IMG/VR virus record: IMGVR_UViG_3300032303_001830
Coordinates: 1 to 50,818 of that record
Direction: 5' to 3' (one strand)
DNA from: a virus
Lineage: Duplodnaviria; Caudoviricetes
DNA length: 50,818 nucleotides
The notes under the pieces were generated by a model. That model saw only the letters and a program-made list of their open reading frames with translations. It was not told the DNA's origin and searched no databases. This document shows positions 36,387-46,200 of this stretch, in pieces. The position numbers were made by a program, and so were the translations under genes. Every line of letters begins with the position of its first letter. Within the stretch, counting starts at the first letter, position 1.

Positions 36387-36665
36387 TTATTTACCAAAAA
36401 GACCATCATCTTCATCATCGTCAAAGTCATCAAAAATACCACTATTCATTAGACCGTTCATAATATCCTGGAAAGATTCATTTACACGAACAATCTTACG
36501 GTCACGCACAGACATTTCGATTAGCTCAGCTTTATATATTAGCTCTGCCATCTTCTTTCTATCACGAGGACTTAAATTTTTAAAGACAGAATTGTTTAAA
36601 AGCATAAGAAGAATGTCTGACATGTGACGTTGCTTCTGGATCTTTCGTATTTGACGTTCACGCAT
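36387..36665 (-). CDS. hypothetical protein
   Basis: ORF track. Confidence 0.6.
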   Translation of the reverse strand: MRERQIRKIQKQRHMSDILLMLLNNSVFKNLSPRDRKKMAELIYKAELIEMSVRDRKIVRVNESFQDIMNGLMNSGIFDDFDDDEDDGLFGK

Positions 36666-36669
36666 GTTG

Positions 36670-36906
36670 CTATCCTATCAGTTTTTCTGGAGTTAAAAAG
36701 ACCAAATAGTCTTCTTTTCTAACAAAATAAATATCATCTTTTATGCTATAGTTTAAAATTTCTAGTAAAAGTAGGTGTTCAAACACCTTTTTTGTCTGCT
36801 CAAGAGCAACTTTTTTAGAAACTTTCTCAATTTCTTCTAAAAATCGTGCTTGTTTTTCTTCACTAGATATGGTAGGATCTGAAATCCAACCTAACTGTTC
36901 TTCCAC
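36670..36906 (-). CDS. hypothetical protein
   Basis: ORF track. Confidence 0.55.
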   Translation of the reverse strand: MEEQLGWISDPTISSEEKQARFLEEIEKVSKKVALEQTKKVFEHLLLLEILNYSIKDDIYFVRKEDYLVFLTPEKLIG

Positions 36907-37026
36907 TTAGTCTCAAATTCTTTTATTTTATTAGAAAGTTTATCAATTTCTTCACCTATCACCTCAACAGTCATAAGTTCTATATCAATTCTTTCTGCAA
37001 GCTCATCTAGTCTTTGCTCTAGTGAC

Positions 37027-37920
37027 TTATCCATTTAGAATAGTTCCTTTTACTAAATATTGCAAATGCTCGATTGTTCCTTGATTATGCAGTAATCCAT
37101 CAAATGAGTAATCATCCAAGGCATGTTCAGAGATATGTTCATTAGCTGCGTTTACTCCATCACGAGTAATACGCCAAACAGTCCCACCAAGTTCTTTAAT
37201 TGCATTAGCTTCATTAGGAAAACGAACATCAGATATAACTACCTTTGAACCATCAGGAACATTTTGTAAAGCATAATTTACCCAAAAATCTTCACCAAAC
37301 ATTTCACGTCCGACTTCAGTTCCAAATCTTTGTAATAGTCCACGAATTTCAGGTCCATGTTCTTTTAATTCATCCCAACCATAAATATCAACTCCAATAC
37401 GAATAGGAGTTCCAACTACATTATTAACAGTGATTTTTGGATTGAGCTTATATAGCGCCTCTTTCATAGGTGCAGCAAATGAAAGTTTAGTATACCCATG
37501 CTCAGCAACAAGATAATCAGCAACAGTATCTTTACCACTTCTAGCCCAACCAGCAAGACCAACACAAGTAACTCTAGGCTCTAGCTTTCCATCCCTGAGA
37601 ATATACAAAGGAATGCCTAACGCTTTTGCAACGTAAACTTCGAGCGAAGCACCTTTACTAGTTTGCCACCCTTGTAGTACACATATAGCATCGGATAACA
37701 CAAGATTACCCAAATCACGCCGAAGATAAGTAGACCAACTAGTCCCATTAGTACTAGAGGAAATTGCATCTTTGATGGCAGTTTCGAGATCAGTACTGTC
37801 ATTAGCGGCTGGGTTGAGCGTCTCATGTCCTAATTCCTTTAGTTTGTTTTCAGTCTCAAAAAATAAAGGGAAGTTAAAATCTTTTATCCCAGTCATTGGA
37901 CCAGCAATGTAAATTTTCAT
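37027..37920 (-). CDS. fusion of DUF4406 (nucleoside deoxyribosyltransferase-like) and deoxynucleoside monophosphate kinase
   Basis: IYIAGPMTG..FNFP..NPA..GWQTSKGASLE; then GLAGWARSGKDT, LQRFGTEVGR, ISDVRFPNE, HISE. Confidence 0.85.
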   Translation of the reverse strand: MKIYIAGPMTGIKDFNFPLFFETENKLKELGHETLNPAANDSTDLETAIKDAISSSTNGTSWSTYLRRDLGNLVLSDAICVLQGWQTSKGASLEVYVAKALGIPLYILRDGKLEPRVTCVGLAGWARSGKDTVADYLVAEHGYTKLSFAAPMKEALYKLNPKITVNNVVGTPIRIGVDIYGWDELKEHGPEIRGLLQRFGTEVGREMFGEDFWVNYALQNVPDGSKVVISDVRFPNEANAIKELGGTVWRITRDGVNAANEHISEHALDDYSFDGLLHNQGTIEHLQYLVKGTILNG

Positions 37921-38336
37921 ACAGCACAATCTTTGCAGATATCCCAAAGTGCGTCAAATTCACCAACAGTAGTCTGCTGCCCACTTACTTCTTCTATGTC
38001 TTTAATTAACTCACACTTAGGGCAAGTAAATACTTCAACTGACTCAAAAGGTTCAAAGTTAGTAATCCGTTGCATACGACCGTTATGTTCTTTCATACGC
38101 TCTTCAAGAAGTAGAGCATCTACATGATCTTCCCAACCATCACGATGTCCAGCAGAATAGGCAGCAATCTCATCTTCAGTTGCTTCACGAACAATAGATA
38201 TAACTTCTTCGTGGTCTATCTGCTCAACTACCGCTACTCCATACTCCGATGCTTCATCTGCAGTATCTGCGTCTATAAAAATGCATTCAGATATTTCATC
38301 ATCTTTAGATATAAACGTCACTTTGTATAAGGCCAT
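37917..38336 (-). CDS. acidic hypothetical protein with C-terminal zinc ribbon
   Basis: CPKC...CKDC. Confidence 0.65.
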   Translation of the reverse strand: MALYKVTFISKDDEISECIFIDADTADEASEYGVAVVEQIDHEEVISIVREATEDEIAAYSAGHRDGWEDHVDALLLEERMKEHNGRMQRITNFEPFESVEVFTCPKCELIKDIEEVSGQQTTVGEFDALWDICKDCAV

Positions 38337-38339
38337 TTG

Positions 38340-39146
38340 TTACTTCTTTTTCTTTTCTTTAGGAGTAGGTGCGAGTGTAAGTGTATCAACAGGCTCTGGC
38401 TCAGCAACCTGATTTTGAATCTCTAGAGTCTTCAAGAAGTTACCATTAAAGTTGTACTCACCAGCATGTGAAATACGAACCCAAGGAGCAGCATAGACTG
38501 AATTACCCAAAGATCTCCAAAGGTGACAGAAGGCATAGTCTTCCGACAAAAGAATGCTTTCAGGAGCATCAGTAATTAGAGTAGGGAAATATTCAACAAT
38601 TTCCTCACCTAGAGGAATTTCACCAGGAGAGTTATTTTTGTAAATATTACAAACTTCTTTCATCTGCTCAAATACATTGCGTCTTATGAACAACATACCA
38701 GTACCGATGTCACGAACCTTAAATGGCTCATCACCTCTAAAACTTTGAGAGTCAGGAAGGAAGTTAATTGCAAAGTTACCTGTGTAAAGCTGAAGCTCTT
38801 CGACTGGTACACCAGCTAGTACAGCCTTCTTGACATTTTCCCAGTTAATAGACTTCATAGGATAAACAGCTCCGATGACATCTTTACCAGAGTTGACCAT
38901 CTTTACGATGTCTTCAGATACAAATCCGTGGTCACCATCAATGAACAGCAAAGCATCACAATCAGACTTAATAAACATATGAGTAAGAGTATTGCGAGCA
39001 CGAGTAATCAAACTCTCATTAGTAATAGAAATATGAGTAGTATCATGTCCAGCTTTAGCAAGTGCTTGAATGAGTTCATTCAAACAAGCAACATATACGC
39101 TCTTAGAGTTACCACCATACATCGGGGTAGCAATACAGATTTTCAT
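38340..39146 (-). CDS. GT-A fold glycosyltransferase-like protein
   Basis: IATPMYGG, NESLITRARN, LLFIDGD, GTGMLFI, LSEDYAFC. Confidence 0.8.
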   Translation of the reverse strand: MKICIATPMYGGNSKSVYVACLNELIQALAKAGHDTTHISITNESLITRARNTLTHMFIKSDCDALLFIDGDHGFVSEDIVKMVNSGKDVIGAVYPMKSINWENVKKAVLAGVPVEELQLYTGNFAINFLPDSQSFRGDEPFKVRDIGTGMLFIRRNVFEQMKEVCNIYKNNSPGEIPLGEEIVEYFPTLITDAPESILLSEDYAFCHLWRSLGNSVYAAPWVRISHAGEYNFNGNFLKTLEIQNQVAEPEPVDTLTLAPTPKEKKKK

Positions 39147-39500
39147 TTATTCTTCTCCATCTAACAACCAGACAAGGATATCTGGATTTTCTTTCAAAAT
39201 CAATAACAAAGACGATTCCCAAATTCCAATGAAGTAATGTTCCCAAGCTTCAAAGTCATCTGTCTTTTTAGGTTTCGTTCCGTTATCAAAAACCATTCTA
39301 GCAGCATGCATTATTTCATGTAGTAAGGTGACGCGTTTTTTACTGATATGAATATCTGCGTCTATTACAATTAAGTTCTTACTGTCAAGCGTATAGCCAT
39401 AGCTACCATCAGTTAGCATTCCATCCTTCGAAGAGGAGCGCTCAACAATATCAAATATCTGCGGTCCAACTTTTACATAAGCAGGAAGTACGGAATTCAT
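39147..39500 (-). CDS. HExxH metallopeptidase-like protein
   Basis: TLLHEIMHA. Confidence 0.7.
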   Translation of the reverse strand: MNSVLPAYVKVGPQIFDIVERSSSKDGMLTDGSYGYTLDSKNLIVIDADIHISKKRVTLLHEIMHAARMVFDNGTKPKKTDDFEAWEHYFIGIWESSLLLILKENPDILVWLLDGEE

Positions 39501-39694
39501 CAGTCTCCAATAATAGGTCCATGCGTTTCGCAAGCTTCAATAGCTGCGTTTTCAGTTTTGTACTGGTCCCAGCAGTTTTCACTTTTTGGAGAGACTAGCA
39601 CAATAACCAATTCTATCAGTGCAATTGCAACTAGTACAGATACAACTCCAAGTACTCTTTTAGTTGTCATTATCTTCTTCCTCTTGCTTGTCAT
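39500..39694 (-). CDS. small membrane protein
   Basis: One TM helix and CWDQY..AIEACE. Confidence 0.6.
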   Translation of the reverse strand: MTSKRKKIMTTKRVLGVVSVLVAIALIELVIVLVSPKSENCWDQYKTENAAIEACETHGPIIGD

Positions 39695-39760
39695 AGTATT
39701 TAGTAAGGATTCCTAATAATACCACACCTACTACTAAAATTGCAATATTTACTATTTCCA

Positions 39761-40390
39761 TTAGGCTTCTCCTCTCTTTGGATATGGTAGTACTTTATAT
39801 TTAAGTTTTGCAAGTAGTTGCTTCTTACGAGTCCTAGAAGCATTAAAAGTCACGTACCTATGCTTACGAGGACGCTCAATATAGTAGACATTCTCAGCCC
39901 CGTACTTCTCTACTACCTCAGCTTTAGTCAGCCCTTTATCTAAGGTAGTGTGGTGGACATGCTCTAGACCTTTTACTTTTGGATCTTTAAACTGCTTACT
40001 TAGTCCTGTATATAGCCAGTTAGTTGCTTGATATACAGTACCAATATGATTGTAGGAACTATCTGCATAGCTCACAATAATCTCTTTATCTAACTGTTTA
40101 AGAGTATTACCAATTAAAAAGCTTTCGCCGTTCTTTGGGACACTGTCATCGATCCACAAGCGGTTAAGCTCATAGACATTCTTAAATTCATCTTCACCAC
40201 ATACTCCTTTTAATAGAGTAATAGAAGCAGGAACACCGTAGACAATTACACCTAAACACTTTAAAGAGTTTTTATGAAACAAACCAAAAGCCACAGAGTA
40301 CGGAGCTTTACGATGCAAGTAATGATTAGTTACAATCATCTCCATTGCAAGGTCATAAGTAATTTGTTCGATGTAATAGTTTTCAAGCAT
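39761..40390 (-). CDS. Mom-like (GNAT fold) DNA-modification protein
   Basis: HYLHR, GVIVYG, ELNRLW, NGESFLI, VSYAD..H.GTVYQATNWLYTG. Confidence 0.8.
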   Translation of the reverse strand: MLENYYIEQITYDLAMEMIVTNHYLHRKAPYSVAFGLFHKNSLKCLGVIVYGVPASITLLKGVCGEDEFKNVYELNRLWIDDSVPKNGESFLIGNTLKQLDKEIIVSYADSSYNHIGTVYQATNWLYTGLSKQFKDPKVKGLEHVHHTTLDKGLTKAEVVEKYGAENVYYIERPRKHRYVTFNASRTRKKQLLAKLKYKVLPYPKRGEA

Positions 40391-40393
40391 AGG

Positions 40394-40678
40394 TTACTCA
40401 AAAAGAATATCTTCTAGCTTTTCAAATCCTTCATCTTCTAAATCAAGTGCATCAAGAAGTAGCCTAAAACCTTCATTTATAAAACTCTTAGCTGTATCAC
40501 TAATTCCTGCAGAGCTAATGATTCCATTAGCTAAACAGTAAGCAAGAGGAAGACCTAGATCATTGTAGGCAATGAAGTCTTGAAATGTTTCATCATTTCT
40601 GTAATCTAACCAAAGGTCAGCCAAAATTTCACATTTCTTTTCAAAAGTTGTTTCACTCATTAATCCACTCACAGACAT
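40394..40678 (-). CDS. conserved-type actinophage protein
   Basis: KCEILADLW..FIAYNDLGLPLAY. Confidence 0.65.
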   Translation of the reverse strand: MSVSGLMSETTFEKKCEILADLWLDYRNDETFQDFIAYNDLGLPLAYCLANGIISSAGISDTAKSFINEGFRLLLDALDLEDEGFEKLEDILFE

Positions 40679-40811
40679 CTACGCTATGTGCTCCACCCAA
40701 ATCTTGATACTCAATGGTTGAACACTTATAGTGCTGACTTACATACATGTAAACAATACCACCAATAAATAGCGTCATAGTAATGAGCAACATCTTTAGT
40801 TCTTTACTCAT
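40653..40811 (-). CDS. small membrane protein
   Basis: MSKELKMLLITMTLFIGG... Confidence 0.5.
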   Translation of the reverse strand: MSKELKMLLITMTLFIGGIVYMYVSQHYKCSTIEYQDLGGAHSVDVCEWINE

Positions 40812-41043
40812 TGTCTGGCTCTGGTTCCCAGCTGTAGTCGGGTTCGTCAGGCTCGCAATTGCCATCACATTTACCTTCACCTTTACATTCAGGGCAAGGC
40901 TCATCATCTATTGATACTTGGTTCTCTTCATCCCAAGCAGTACCTTCACCGTCACACTCAAGACACACATGCTCACAAGGCTCTGCATCCCAGCTGGAAG
41001 GGTAAGATGTTTTCCATCCATCGTATCCAGGAATTGATTCCAT
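40804..41043 (-). CDS. acidic protein with CxxCxGxG zinc motifs
   Basis: CLECDGEG, CPECKGEG. Confidence 0.65.
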   Translation of the reverse strand: MESIPGYDGWKTSYPSSWDAEPCEHVCLECDGEGTAWDEENQVSIDDEPCPECKGEGKCDGNCEPDEPDYSWEPEPDNE

Positions 41044-41249
41044 TAGTTTTCTCCTTCAATTAGTTCAATATGCTCACGAACAGCCCTGCAACTTGCATGG
41101 GTTCGCATTAACTTTGCATCTCTACAATATACATTAGTACATGCAAGATTGTCAAGTAGCTGAATTATTCTAGCACGCTCTTCTCGTCTTCCGACTTCTT
41201 CACCTGCTAACCAGATTATTCTGGCTTCTTCATCTTTCATGTTACTCAC
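41043..41249 (-). CDS. hypothetical protein
   Basis: EERARII motif, coupled ORF. Confidence 0.6.
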   Translation of the reverse strand: MSNMKDEEARIIWLAGEEVGRREERARIIQLLDNLACTNVYCRDAKLMRTHASCRAVREHIELIEGEN

Positions 41250-41553
41250 TAGCTTTTAGAAAAGCAATTAAATCTTCAGAGCGGAAGTGGTCTCGATGCA
41301 TAACCCCACCGCCATCAAACTCAATAGTTGTACGATTCTCTTCAATCCACTCTAGTAGGCGGGTACGGAGATCCATCTCTCCCACCTCATGTCCAAACAA
41401 GTAAGCAGCATCAATAGCATCCCCGAAAGCTCGGTTTGCAATTTCCCTAGACCGAATAGCATTATTTGTTGCTTTTCCGATTTTAGATTTAATAGCGGCG
41501 TTTACTACTTCGTCCGTTACATCTCCAGCATGTTCAAAATCATTTAAACTCAT
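41242..41553 (-). CDS. hypothetical protein
   Basis: ORF track. Confidence 0.65.
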   Translation of the reverse strand: MSLNDFEHAGDVTDEVVNAAIKSKIGKATNNAIRSREIANRAFGDAIDAAYLFGHEVGEMDLRTRLLEWIEENRTTIEFDGGGVMHRDHFRSEDLIAFLKASE

Positions 41554-41817
41554 TTAGATTCTTTCTGCTTAGCGTTTCCACGTCTAGCTTGCTCATATAG
41601 ACGCTTCTTCTGCATCTGGCGGTTGAAGCGAATCTCTTTAATTAGCTTCTCATACTCTTCGTTTGTCATTGCTTCCTTCTTTGTTAAGCGACATATAAAT
41701 CGTAACACTACAAACTACCTGATGCAACTCTCTGCGTCACGGCGTTCCTTATAACATTTAGGACAGTAGCTTCCTAGGAATCTAATCCGATGTTTACGAC
41801 ATGGATAACCGCGTCTA

Positions 41818-42171
41818 CTATTCTTCATTAGAAGTTGCTTTCTCTTCTTTAATAGCTCTTTTCTTTTCTTTGTGAAGCTGAGCTAACTTTTCATCAGACT
41901 TACCTTTAATGTGTACACGTTTTACTTTTTCCATAGAATAACTGCGGAATGTGCTTGCACCTTTAGGTCCCCCCCAAACATCAATCCATTCAACTCCAGT
42001 TTCAGTAACAACATGTTTTACAAAACTATAGCGACCACGTTCACCTTCAATTTTCAATTCAGTACCAGGAACAACATTTCTACCATTTATCTGTATCTCA
42101 GTTTTAATTGTCCACTTAGCTATAGAACCAGGGGCTAGCTCAGGAATCACTCTTTTACTACGACGACTCAT
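41818..42171 (-). CDS. conserved-type actinophage protein
   Basis: GTELKIEGERG..F..HV...EWIDVWGG. Confidence 0.65.
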   Translation of the reverse strand: MSRRSKRVIPELAPGSIAKWTIKTEIQINGRNVVPGTELKIEGERGRYSFVKHVVTETGVEWIDVWGGPKGASTFRSYSMEKVKRVHIKGKSDEKLAQLHKEKKRAIKEEKATSNEE

Positions 42172-42859
42172 CTTTGGTTTCTTTCTCTTCAATAGTTGCG
42201 TCTACTATGTTTTTCACGGTCGAAGCATACCACTTACCACCGTTCTGCGTAGGAACCTCATCTCGGTTCAAACCATCGGCAATTTTAGCGTAACTGCGTC
42301 CACTACTTCTTTCTACCATAATACGCTCTTTAATGTCAAGCGGAGTTTTATTTTTAGGTCCCATGTCTACCCCCCACTTAATTCCACGGTCTCGACGGTC
42401 TTTATGGACATCCTTTTGACGGGCAGCAATAATACCTCGCTCCATCTCAGCAAGGGCAGACATAACGGTTACAACGAATCGACCCTGATAGGTAGAGGTA
42501 TCTAGGTTCAAATCCAACATAATTAGTCGCCAACCCTTTTTATTTGCCATATCCACGATATCTAGGAAGTCCGTCGTTGAACGGGCAAGTCTATCAATTC
42601 TAGTAACAATAAGGGCGTTTGCTTCACCCTTTTCTAATCTAGTAAGGGCGTCTGTTAAAACAGGTCTACCCTTGATAGATTTACCAGAACGGCCTTCCTC
42701 TCTGATAACTTCCCACGAAGTAAACCCATGGAACTCAGCAGCATTAATTAAAGTTCGCTCCTGAACATCTAGGGAAACACCATCATTGACCTGAAGCTGT
42801 GTAGATACACGAGCATATAGAAGAGCTACTCCAGGATTGACAGGATCAGTCAGTGCCAT
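42158..42859 (-). CDS. serine recombinase (resolvase domain plus short C-terminal DNA-binding region)
   Basis: YARVST, SG....RP.L, RIDRLARS, AEMER, IADGLN..VPT..GGKW..STV. Confidence 0.9.
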   Translation of the reverse strand: MALTDPVNPGVALLYARVSTQLQVNDGVSLDVQERTLINAAEFHGFTSWEVIREEGRSGKSIKGRPVLTDALTRLEKGEANALIVTRIDRLARSTTDFLDIVDMANKKGWRLIMLDLNLDTSTYQGRFVVTVMSALAEMERGIIAARQKDVHKDRRDRGIKWGVDMGPKNKTPLDIKERIMVERSSGRSYAKIADGLNRDEVPTQNGGKWYASTVKNIVDATIEEKETKDESS

Positions 42860-43547
42860 TTCTTACTGACTCCAACCACTGTTCATAATGAGTTTCCTGA
42901 AGCCATATCTGCTTGTGGTGAGGGAACAAGGCTCCTGTATGAGCATGCATTTGGAATCCAGCTTCATAGACACGAAGAGAGAACAAAACATCCTCCCCCA
43001 TCCATCTATCATCTGACATAGCTCCATCAGCAAACCAAGCCCAGCTAGGGCCAGTCTTATCCTTAAACATCTCCTGAATCTTTAGAAGTACGCTCCTGTG
43101 GATAAGTAGCGAACCAGCACTGGCTCCAGCAACAGGGATTAGTGAATCTTTAGGATAATCAGTCATAAATGAGACAGACCCATCATTACTTCCATAGATC
43201 AACGGAGTTGATTCTAGTGTCACTGAATTACGAAGAGTGAAGACCAACCCACTGACAATTGGATGAGTTTCTGCATTAGCAGATTCAATAAGCTTCCCAA
43301 CTCCATCAACTGTAAAGAACTGGTCAGCGTCTACCATAAACAGCCAGTCATCTTTTGTATTACGGAGGAAGTGGTCAACAAGCATATTGCGTCCACGAGA
43401 TATCAGTCCGCTCACTTGAACAGTATTGTAAGAGCCAAACCTCTTGGAATAGGCACCAAGTACATCAATAATACTTACCATAAAGTTGCCATCAACCATT
43501 CCGTTGTGGCACCAAGCTAGGTGGATAGTTTCCTTTTCACCGATCAT
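42846..43547 (-). CDS. GT-A fold glycosyltransferase-like protein
   Basis: GRNMLV, WLFMVDAD, LLIHRSVL, GEDVLF. Confidence 0.75.
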   Translation of the reverse strand: MIGEKETIHLAWCHNGMVDGNFMVSIIDVLGAYSKRFGSYNTVQVSGLISRGRNMLVDHFLRNTKDDWLFMVDADQFFTVDGVGKLIESANAETHPIVSGLVFTLRNSVTLESTPLIYGSNDGSVSFMTDYPKDSLIPVAGASAGSLLIHRSVLLKIQEMFKDKTGPSWAWFADGAMSDDRWMGEDVLFSLRVYEAGFQMHAHTGALFPHHKQIWLQETHYEQWLESVRNGTD

Positions 43548-44302
43548 TTGTTCTCTGTTCTGTCTAATCTATCTATTGAAGCATTAAAGTAATCTAAATC
43601 TTTTTCAGAACCTACGTAGTGTCTATTATTCTTTTTACAAACAACAGCAGTAGTACCAGACCCCATAAACGGATCTAGAACCAAGTCATTTTCATTGGTA
43701 GTAGCAAGTACAACTCTTTCCAAAAGCCACTCAGGCTTCTGAGTAGGGTGAATCTTTTTTCCACCTGCGGTCTTTCCCCTAGTCCAAATTGAACGCATTT
43801 GCTTCCCCCCGTTCATTTCTTTCATAACTTCATAGTTGAAAGTATTGCCCTTACCTTTTCTAGCCCATATAAAGTTTTCATGGTCTGCCACAAAACGCGT
43901 ACAAGAAAGATTAGGCGTGGCATCTGACTTATGCCATAAAACCTCATTTAAGATTTCAAAACCAAGTTTTTGTAGTACATACCCCACTAAATAGATATTA
44001 TGATATGTTCCAGATACCCATATAGCACCTCCAGGCTTTAGAACCCTATAGCTTTCAGCTAACCATTCTTTTGTGAATTCTTCAAAGTCGGTCTCATTGA
44101 TGTCATCCCAGACTCCCTTATTTGTATTTAAATCGTTTCCGCCAGACTTACTAAACTTCATATTAAAATTGCTTTTACTTAAGTTATAAGGCGGGTCAGC
44201 AAAAATCATATCAATAGAGTCATCATCTATTTTGGAGAAAAGCTCTAAACAATCCATGTTATAGATTGAATCTATTTTAATAAGTTCTTTTTTATCAGTC
44301 AT
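43544..44302 (-). CDS. beta-class N6-adenine/N4-cytosine DNA methyltransferase (DpnA-like)
   Basis: FADPPY, NGGKQM, HPTQKPE, DPFMGSGTT. Confidence 0.9.
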   Translation of the reverse strand: MTDKKELIKIDSIYNMDCLELFSKIDDDSIDMIFADPPYNLSKSNFNMKFSKSGGNDLNTNKGVWDDINETDFEEFTKEWLAESYRVLKPGGAIWVSGTYHNIYLVGYVLQKLGFEILNEVLWHKSDATPNLSCTRFVADHENFIWARKGKGNTFNYEVMKEMNGGKQMRSIWTRGKTAGGKKIHPTQKPEWLLERVVLATTNENDLVLDPFMGSGTTAVVCKKNNRHYVGSEKDLDYFNASIDRLDRTENK

Positions 44303-44392
44303 ATGGAAAGCCTAACATATAAACTTAATCCTAAGTTTATACGACAATATACAAAATAGTTTTGTACATTAACTTTATGATAGATTAGATAC

Positions 44393-45316
44393 ATGGAAAT
44401 ACGACCACCTTTTGTATGCAACGAAGATAAGTTCGGCGGTACAGAGTATATGGCTAGAGGGTTTAAGGACAGAATCCTACCCTATGCTCCAAAGTTTAAT
44501 AACTACTTTTGTATGGTTCTTCCAGGACCTATTCCATCATTTGATCCTGAATTCTACAAAGATAAAGATTTGATACTTTGGATGCATAATCCAATGGATC
44601 AGCTACACGAGCTTGTTAATACTTTACTTAAAGATAGCATATTTGCAAGTAGAATCAAGTTTATTGTTGCAGTATCTGAATATCACAAATATAGGCTAGT
44701 TATTGACTTACCTCATATTTCAGAGGATAAGTTTGTGATAATTCCTAATGCTATAGATCCAATTAAGTTTAACCCGTCTAAGTTTGATAACGTACAAAGA
44801 CCAAAACTAATCCATGCATCTCAGTCATATCGTGGATTTAATATCCTTATGGAAGCTATTCCAATGATAGAAGAAGACTTTGAACTAAGTATATTTAATG
44901 ACTTTTATCCAGACTTCCCTCATAATTTAGGTTCCTTAGTTGAAGATAATAGGGTCATATTCTATGGCAATACCCCAAGAAAAACCGTCTACAAGGCACT
45001 GAGCGAATCACATATTCACGCATACCCATCTATTTTTGCCGAAACATCTTGCCTTGTACAGATGGAAGCACTCTCCGCTGGACTTTTAAGTGTTCATACA
45101 AATGTAGGAGCTCTTCCTGAGACATCACTAGGGCACGGAATAATGATTGACTATTATCAACTTAGTCCAGAACTTTATGCAGAAGAGCTTACTAAAGCAA
45201 TCATTAAAATTAAAAGCGGACAGCACTACCCAGAACAGCAAGTGAAAGATATTAAATCTATTTTTTCGTGGGAAAGAGCTTTAGCTAATTGGACAGTTTT
45301 TGAAAGTATTATTTAG
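44393..45316 (+). CDS. GT-B (GT4-like) glycosyltransferase
   Basis: GGTE, VSEYH, IPNAI, YPSIFAETSCLVQMEALSAG, GALPET. Confidence 0.85.
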   Translation: MEIRPPFVCNEDKFGGTEYMARGFKDRILPYAPKFNNYFCMVLPGPIPSFDPEFYKDKDLILWMHNPMDQLHELVNTLLKDSIFASRIKFIVAVSEYHKYRLVIDLPHISEDKFVIIPNAIDPIKFNPSKFDNVQRPKLIHASQSYRGFNILMEAIPMIEEDFELSIFNDFYPDFPHNLGSLVEDNRVIFYGNTPRKTVYKALSESHIHAYPSIFAETSCLVQMEALSAGLLSVHTNVGALPETSLGHGIMIDYYQLSPELYAEELTKAIIKIKSGQHYPEQQVKDIKSIFSWERALANWTVFESII

Positions 45317-46049
45317 ACTTTGCATTAAAGATTAAAGTTTCTGCAAAACTTCCAGAGTAAGCATAATCTCCATGGTGAGAAGTGTTAACCCAAGGAGCCG
45401 CGTATATCTTTCCACCTAGTTCTTTCCATTTAGTGCAGAAATAGTAATCTTCACCTAGAAGTTCACCTTTTTCATTAAAAGCATTGTCAAAGAACTGAGT
45501 AAGTTTACGTTCAACCTGGATACCAAATTTCATTGTGTGATCAATGTATGTTCTACTATTTGGGGCCATTGCTTCAAATACACTGCGTTTGATAGCCATC
45601 AGTCCAGTTCCAACTCCATCAACTTCAACTGGTTCAGATATCTTAATTTCAGTCCCCTGGGGAATATTACGGCCAGTAAATGATCCAGTCAGTTGTTCAA
45701 GGCGGTCCTCTTCGCCACTCAGTATTACTTGTTTAATTAGATCCCAGTTAAGAGTTTTTCTTGGGTAAATAGCTCCAATAATATCTTTATCAGAGTCGAG
45801 CATTTTAACTACAGCTGTCACATCAAACGATGTATCAGCATCAACAAATAAAAGAACATCAGCATTAGATGTTAAAAATTCATAAGCAAGACCATCTCTT
45901 GCCATACTAATGATGCTCTCATTATAGGAACGCGGAAAAGACACATAGTCACCACGGGAGGCTAAAGCAAATGCCAACCCCATCACACTATGCATATATT
46001 CGCCTTTACAGTTTCCGCCATACATTGGTGTAGCTATTGCAACGTGCAT
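45309..46049 (-). CDS. GT-A fold glycosyltransferase-like protein, paralogue of 38340..39146
   Basis: IATPMYGG, LLFVDAD, GTGLM, GEDYYFC, YAAPWV. Confidence 0.8.
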   Translation of the reverse strand: MHVAIATPMYGGNCKGEYMHSVMGLAFALASRGDYVSFPRSYNESIISMARDGLAYEFLTSNADVLLFVDADTSFDVTAVVKMLDSDKDIIGAIYPRKTLNWDLIKQVILSGEEDRLEQLTGSFTGRNIPQGTEIKISEPVEVDGVGTGLMAIKRSVFEAMAPNSRTYIDHTMKFGIQVERKLTQFFDNAFNEKGELLGEDYYFCTKWKELGGKIYAAPWVNTSHHGDYAYSGSFAETLIFNAKSK

Positions 46050-46071
46050 ATCATTCTTTCTACTAATTAAG

Positions 46072-46143
46072 CTGCCCCTGCTGGACTCGAACCAGCAACC
46101 TTAGAGTTAACAGCTCTCTGCTCTGCCATTGAGCTAAAGGGCA
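46072..46143 (-). tRNA. tRNA-Asn(GTT)
   Basis: Cloverleaf: TGCCCTT/AGGGGCA acceptor, GCTC/GAGC D arm, CTGTTAA anticodon loop, TTCGAGT T loop; CCA not encoded. Confidence 0.95.
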
Positions 46144-46164
46144 ATAAATAAAGTCTATACCAAA

Positions 46165-46200
46165 AAAGTAAAAACCCCATCCGAAGATGAGGTTTTTAGT
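46165..46200 (-). terminator. intrinsic terminator
   Basis: AAAAACCTCATC-TTCG-GATGGGGTTTTT followed by T-run. Confidence 0.8.

Noticed and set aside
42158-42859. Prophage integrase implying a temperate lifestyle
   Set aside because: Too short for a large serine integrase (no zinc ribbon or coiled coil), with no immunity cassette or host flanks seen.
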